Source: Macrostomum lignano (Eukaryota). Taken from it: a DNA stretch of 64,000 nucleotides. Numbering within the stretch: the first letter of the stretch is position 1; each line of letters opens with the position of its first letter. A model generated the notes under the pieces. It saw only the letters and a program-made list of their open reading frames with translations. It had not been told where the DNA came from and ran no database searches. The translations under genes and the position numbers were made by a program. Where the stretch lies: positions 434,001 to 498,000 of the forward strand of contig NIVC01000022.1 in the NCBI GenBank assembly GCA_002269645.1, written 5' to 3'. Shown one piece after another: positions 58,091 to 64,000 of the stretch.

Positions 58091-58687
58091 ACCCTAGAAA
58101 TTTCACATCGTCCAGTGAGTTTCCAGCATCCCTGAGCCTCATCAGTTCACCCGATGGGCATTAGCATTGTTTTTGCTATTTTCTCGTTATCAATGAAGGA
58201 CACGACGGCACTCTGCTTCACACAATTCATTAATATGCTTTTCCTTCGTAATTTGCCGCATTTTTGATCCCTTATTCTTTGCTTCTACTTTTAGTAGTAA
58301 AAAATAGGTTAAATTAGATTAGCAGCGTCATCTAACATTTGAATTTCTACTGTGTTGTTCAGCATAGGCTAATGATGTTATTTTGTAATCAATAATTTCT
58401 ACTGGTACGTTTCAAGCGCATTGAGTGACTGAATTTATACTCGTAAGTTACTTGTTGAAGCGTGTCGATAAAAAGTAATTAATTTAATATATAAATATAT
58501 AACTTTATTATTTATTTATTTAGTAAACCAGTTTATCGTACGAGATAAAAACTGATTAAACAGAAATTCTGCCCTGCCCTCCTAATTTTTATTCCTAACG
58601 TGCGGCCTTTGCGTCAAAAATACAAGCTGGGTCTTGACACGGGAACACAGGCTGCGCTTAAATTGGTTTGGGCCCAAGTATAATTAA

Positions 58688-59866
58688 GACACACTAGAAA
58701 TGACTCAGGCACACTAGAAATGACTCAGACACACTAGAAATGACTCAGGCACACTAGAAATGACTCAGGCACACTAGAAATGACTCAGGCACACTAGAAA
58801 TGACTCAGGCACACTAGAAATTACTCATGCACACTAGAAATGACTCAGGCACACTAGAAATGACTCAGGCACACTAGAAATGACTCAGGCACACTAGAAA
58901 TGACTCAGGCACACTAGAAATGACTCAGGCACACTAGAAATGACTCAGGCACACTAGAAATGACTCAGACACACTAGAAATGACTCAGACACACTAGAAA
59001 TGACTCAGGCACACTAGAAATGACTCAGGCACACTAGAAATGACTCAGGCACACTAGAAATGACTCAGGCACACTAGAAATGACTGTGACACACTAGAAA
59101 TGACTCAGGCACACTAGAAATGACTGTGACACATTAGAAATGACTCAGACACATTAAAAATGACTCAGGCACACTAGAAATGACTCAGACACACTAGAAA
59201 TGACTCAGGCACACTAGAAATGACTCAGGCACACTAGAAATGACTCAGGCACACTAGAAATGACTGTGACACATTAGAAATGACTCAGACACATTAGAAA
59301 TGACTCAGGCACACTAGAAATGACTCAGGCACACTAGAAATGACTCAGACACACTAGAAATGACTCAGGCACCCTAGAAATGACTCAGGCACACTAGAAA
59401 TGACTCAGACACATTAGAAATGACTCAGACACATTAAAAATGACTCAGGCACACTAGAAATGACTCAGGCACACTAGAAATGACTCAGACACACTAGAAA
59501 TGACTCAGGCACACTAGAAATGACTCAGGCACACTAGAAATGACTCAGACACATTAGAAATGACTCAGACACATTAAAAATGACTCAGGCACATTAAAAA
59601 TGACTCAGGCACACTAGAAGTGACACAGGCACACTAGAAATGACTCAGGCACACTAGAAATGACTCAGGCACACTAGAAATGACTCAGGCACACTAGAAA
59701 TGACTCAGGCACACTAGAAATGACTCAGACACACTAGAAATGACTCAGACACACTAGAAATGACTCAGGCACACTAGAAATGACTCAGGCACACTAGAAA
59801 TGACTCGGACGCACTAGAAATGACTCAGACACACTAGAAATGACTCAGGCACACTAGAAATGACTG
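58688..59866. repeat. 20-bp minisatellite (GCACACTAGAAATGACTCAG)n
   Basis: About 59 units in exact 20-bp register. Confidence 0.97.
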
Positions 59867-60114
59867 GTTTTGAATACATGCCAAACTGTGCAGTAGATAG
59901 GCAGTTAGCCAATTAAGTAAGTGTCGCTATATTTTTGGCATTCAACGAAAACTGGCGAGTAAATAAATGAATGGTTACTCATTTTGCAGATTTTTTCATG
60001 CAGTAAGTGCTTCTGTCAATCAAATTCGTTTTATAGCAAACGCTTAATACATTTGTAGAAAGTTGGGTAAAATAATTGAGCACATTCTCATTGCCTGCGG
60101 GTTTGCGGCACAAG

Positions 60115-60660
60115 TTTCAAACCGGACTCTCCCCAGCTGTCAAACCGGACTCTCCCAGCCCCAGCTGTCAAACCGGACTCTCCCAGCCCCAGCTGTCAAA
60201 CCGGACTCTCCCAGCCCCAGCTGTCAAACCGGACTCTCCCAGCCCCAGCTGTCAAACCGGACTATCCCAGCCCCAGCTGTCAAGTTGGACTCTCCCAGCC
60301 CCAGCTGTCAAACCGGACTATCCCAGCCCCAGCTGTCAAGTTGGACTCTCCCAGCCCCAGCTGTCAAACCGGACTATCCCAGCCCCAGCTGTCAAGTTGG
60401 ACTCTCCCAGCCCCAGCTGTCAAACCGGACTATCCCAGCCCCAGCTGTCAAACCGGACTATCCCAGCCCCAACTGTCAAGTTGGACTCTCCCAGCCCCAG
60501 CTGTCAAACCGGACTATCCCAGCCCCAGCTGTCAAGCTGGACTCTCCCAGCCCCAGCTGTCAAACCGGACTATCCCAGCCCCAGCTGTCAAGTTGGACTC
60601 TCCCAGCCCCAGCTGTCAAACCGGACTATCCCAGCCCCAGCTGTCAAACTGGACTCTCCG
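60115..60660. repeat. 28-bp minisatellite (CCCAGCCCCAGCTGTCAAACCGGACT[C/A]T)n
   Basis: Array abutting the stop codon of the EF-hand gene. Confidence 0.95.
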
Positions 60661-60664
60661 CTGC

Positions 60665-61114
60665 CTAAGCGGACTCCAGGAAGTCGGCAGCCTTAGAAAA
60701 CTCCTCAACCGCGATCTGCCCATCCTTGTCCGTGTCCAGCGCCTCAAACATTTCGTCCAGCTCGCGCTTCCCGACGCTCGCCTCAACGAACATCAGCGCC
60801 TCCCGGGCCTCCGCCCGCGTGATCTGGCCGTTGCCGTTGCGGTCCAGCGAGTGGAAAATCTGCGACATTTCAACGTCGCGCGGCACCGGCTTGCTGGACT
60901 TCATCATCGCGCAGAAGTTCTCAAAGTTTACCCCGCCAATGTCGTTGGGATCGTGCGCCCGGATCATGGCGCAGACCTCCTTGCGGGTGGCGAATATGTT
61001 CAGCTGTTTGAGCAGCCGGTTCAGGTCCGCGAAGTCAATGAGGCCGTCTTTGTTCAGGTCCACCAGCTTGAACATCTCCGCCAGGCGGGCCGTCTCCGGG
61101 TCATCGAAGTATCT
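60665..61114 (-). CDS. Calmodulin-like 4-EF-hand protein, exon 2
   Basis: EF loops DLNKDGLIDFAD, DPNDIGGVNFEN, DRNGNGQITRAE and DTDKDGQIAVEE. The CCCAG|AGA acceptor is in phase 0. Confidence 0.85.
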   Translation of the reverse strand, partial: RYFDDPETARLAEMFKLVDLNKDGLIDFADLNRLLKQLNIFATRKEVCAMIRAHDPNDIGGVNFENFCAMMKSSKPVPRDVEMSQIFHSLDRNGNGQITRAEAREALMFVEASVGKRELDEMFEALDTDKDGQIAVEEFSKAADFLESA

Positions 61115-61432
61115 CTGGGTGGCTCGGTGAGCCCGATCGGACAAGACTGAGATCCTGGAGGGTGGCGGCGAGGAGCGGACGGGAGATGAGGAACTGCGAT
61201 GAGAATCTACATGTAGGAATGGGTTGTCTGGAGATGGGGACCTGGGAATGAAGGAATAAAAAGATAGGGATCTGTGGGATAGGGTATTTGGAGTTGTGAT
61301 CTGGCACTGGGGATCTGCGATGAGAACTGGGATTCGAATCTGTAAAAGAGGTTCTGGCTCAGAGAGACCGGTGATGGGGATCTTCAATTTGGCTGGGGAA
61401 TCTGTATCTGCCGAACAGCAGCAGTCTCTCAC

Positions 61433-61507
61433 CTTGTGGAGTATTTCTGCTGCTGGCCGACTTGAGACACCAAAGCGCCCGACAGCCTGGCCAATTGAGA
61501 ATGGCAT
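61433..61507 (-). CDS. Calmodulin-like protein, probable coding exon 1
   Basis: ATG CCA TTC...CAC AAG|GTGAGA donor, in frame with exon 2 (174 aa total). Further upstream exons cannot be excluded. Confidence 0.55.
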
Positions 61508-63559
61508 TGAGACGCGCCAGTGACAAATTTAGCTTATTAAGCTGCTAAGATTTGTATCTGTATTCAGAACGCAGCAGAGTTGGCTTACCTGGTGGATGGC
61601 AGCCTTTTAGACTGCCTGTTCATAGGAAACATTTTCACCGAGTTCCTCATGCTCGCTCGGAATCCCAGCGGCCTGCAGTTATAAGATGTGAATTATAGCT
61701 TGGCTCTTGGCGGAACTGCAGCTTATAATTAATGATACTAAACTCAGCTTCATAAATGCTTGCCTCGCCCAGGCATTTAAATGATGTCTATGTCCTGTTG
61801 ATTCGGCCTTGCAGAGCCAAATGCGCCATACAAGTTTAAAAATACTACTTTTATTACTTGTAATACTACTCACAAGTAGCGAACCACGAATATAAAGTAG
61901 AAATGCTATTCACTTGTCAACAAATCCGACAAGTGACCGCCGGAAAACCAATTTTGACACCTGTCAATCAACAATCAGTTCAATTCATGTCAGCTGGTAT
62001 CCCTCCCGGTGTAAAAAAAGGTTCGTTCAGGTTCAAAAGAACATCAATTGTTCCACAAATCTACTGTATACTAAAGGAGGGAATTCTATGTATTTTGCCC
62101 AGCACAGATGTCATTATTTTCATACCAATTATTTCATACGTCATAGTCACGTATTGAATTTTTTACAATATGGCCATAAATGTACATTGGGAAGCAACTG
62201 TGCCCAGCTATCTCTCTTGACTCCTCAGTTGGTTAAGTAGACTCAAAAAATTAACCTTACAAGTATGAATTAATGCCCTCGCTGCGATATCGGGAGCACG
62301 AGAATTGCCTGCATTTTGCCACGCAGCAGATTTTGTCTGCATTGCCTCCCCAATATGCTTAGTAAGTCTTAATAAAGAGATTTACACGATCAAACCTTTT
62401 GATGGTAACTGCATATCAAATGCATATTTTTTTTTTGGGGGGGGGGCATTGCAGACAGAATCTATAGCTGCCAAATTCGCTGCAGGAAAAAAGCATTGCG
62501 GGCAAATCTCGGCGGGCAATTCTCATGGACCCCACTAAATCGCATTAGAAAATCAAGAACGGAGTACTTATAGGCACGGCTATAATCATCAATATAAAAA
62601 GCGTGTTCCGTATGGCACTTATAAGCAAGTGGTGGCTTAGTGGGGATGTCGATTGCCTTGAGATTGCGAGTAGTTAGGTTCAAATCCCAAGTGGTCGGAG
62701 TTTTTTTTAATGTGAATTTTTTTAGCAAACAGAAAATTTTCCGTCTTGAACTTTTTAAGATTAAATTATTAAATTAAATTTAATTAATTTTTTCAATAAG
62801 ACTAAGAGTAACACTTAAGTCTTAAACTGCGGCCGATATGTATCGAAAAATTATTGGCGGCACTTTAAAATGATTTCGTGTTACTCTTAAGAATTAATTT
62901 AATTTAATTTTAGAAAAATTTAAAATAAATAAACTCAGACGTTTTCAATCGATCGATCTTTTCATCCGATCGATGATTATATACATGGCGATGGCAGCCG
63001 TGCCTATAAGCTCCAATATTAGAGACACGGCCACCCACCGTGTCTCTAAGTGTGAACCCATTAAATATTAACGACACGGCTGCCGTGAAAGTTTCATTGA
63101 CACGGCCGCCGTGTCTATAAGTTTCTGCATTATAGACACGTCGCCGTGTCTCTAAGTGTGGCGAATTAAGAAAGACTCCAGAGGAACGCGGAATTTCCAC
63201 GGGATTCCCGGGGAATTTCCACAGCTTTTGAAGCAGACGACTGTATCTAAATTGTAGGTAGGCGTGCACCTGGCTGAAATGGTACGAAGCAAAACGCAAT
63301 AATTGATCAATTTAGTTAAAGGGAAAGTTAGATTCAAATTTAAATCTTATGCTGTTGGCAAGTATAGCTCCATTTGTTTTCCTTACAGAAGCAGACTCTT
63401 CCGTTGGCATTTCTCACTGTTTTTATTTAACGTGTTTTAAAATTATGCTATATACTGAAGTATAAGGGTATTAAATAAAGTCAAAGTTCTTAAAGAATTC
63501 GATGGTTGGTTGCAAACGCTTAAAATACATATACCCAAGATTTAAGTCAAGAAGAGTGC

Positions 63560-63790
63560 CACTTTTGGGTGTCACTTTGGGCGTCAGGGTGCCACTTTGA
63601 GTGTCGAGGTGCCACTTTGAGTTTCAGGGTGTCACTTTGGGTGTCAGGGTGTCACTTTGGGTGTCAGGGTGTCACTTTGGGTGTCAGGGTGTCACTTTGG
63701 GTGTCAGGGTGCCACTTTGGGTGTCAGGGTGCCACTTTGGGTGTCAGGGTGCCACTTTGGGTGCCGATCGGTGCCACTTTGGGTGCCAAG
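63560..63790. repeat. 20-bp minisatellite (GGGTGTCACTTTGGGTGTCA)n
   Basis: About 10 tandem units. Confidence 0.92.
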
Positions 63791-63933
63791 TGCACGTGTT
63801 AAGTTTGCAATAAGATTCCCTCAGTAACAATGTCAATACAGCCCCGCCCATTTGCATGCTACATTTGAATTAAATATTGATTAACCGGCAGCTTCAGGCA
63901 TCAGGGATCCAAAACTGAATCATTTCACTATCG

Positions 63934-64000
63934 TCACCAGAAGATGCACTTTTTCACCGGATTCATCGGCTTGCCGCGGCGGCACTTGAAGGCCTCGGCG
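63934..64000 (-). CDS. C-terminal end of an M13 family metallopeptidase (neprilysin/ECE-like); the gene continues beyond the window
   Basis: AEAFKCRRGKPMNPVKKCIFW* matches the M13 terminal motif F..AF.C..GspMNP.kkC.vW*. Confidence 0.85.
   Translation of the reverse strand, partial: AEAFKCRRGKPMNPVKKCIFW

Overview
Eukaryotic (animal) genomic DNA, most likely from the free-living flatworm Macrostomum lignano or a relative. That assignment is inferred from GC/Ala-rich exons, minisatellite-filled introns and (TTAGGG)n-type repeats, and was not checked against a database. Seven host genes can be reconstructed by hand: an STXBP4/Synip-like PDZ-EF-coiled-coil-WW gene (+, 18598-22149), an uncharacterised His-rich single-pass membrane protein (-, 24449-26129), La/SSB (-, 30027-36351), Bax inhibitor-1/TMBIM6 (-, 38907-39635), the Pol II CTD phosphatase FCP1/CTDP1 (+, ~52831-56505, with no in-frame ATG and a 1-nt frameshift), a 4-EF-hand calmodulin-like gene (-, 60665-61507) and the last codons of an M13 (neprilysin/ECE) peptidase (-, window end). 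An AT-rich Cys-rich secreted-type ORF at 932-1522 is a weaker candidate. Most long ORFs in the supplied track are artefacts of tandem repeats. The 2.5-14 kb region looks like three head-to-tail Helitron/Helentron-like units swollen by minisatellites. 16.8-17.7 kb is an inverted Penelope-like remnant with two minimal hammerhead ribozyme motifs. 40-52 kb is an AT-rich MITE hotspot with a Crypton tyrosine-recombinase relic. The most striking observation is a five-copy DNA-transposon family (TIR CATACATGCGCAAC, 8-bp TSDs) in which every copy carries a ~65-nt fragment of 28S rRNA spanning the R2/I-PpoI target site, with the cleavage core mutated in all copies.
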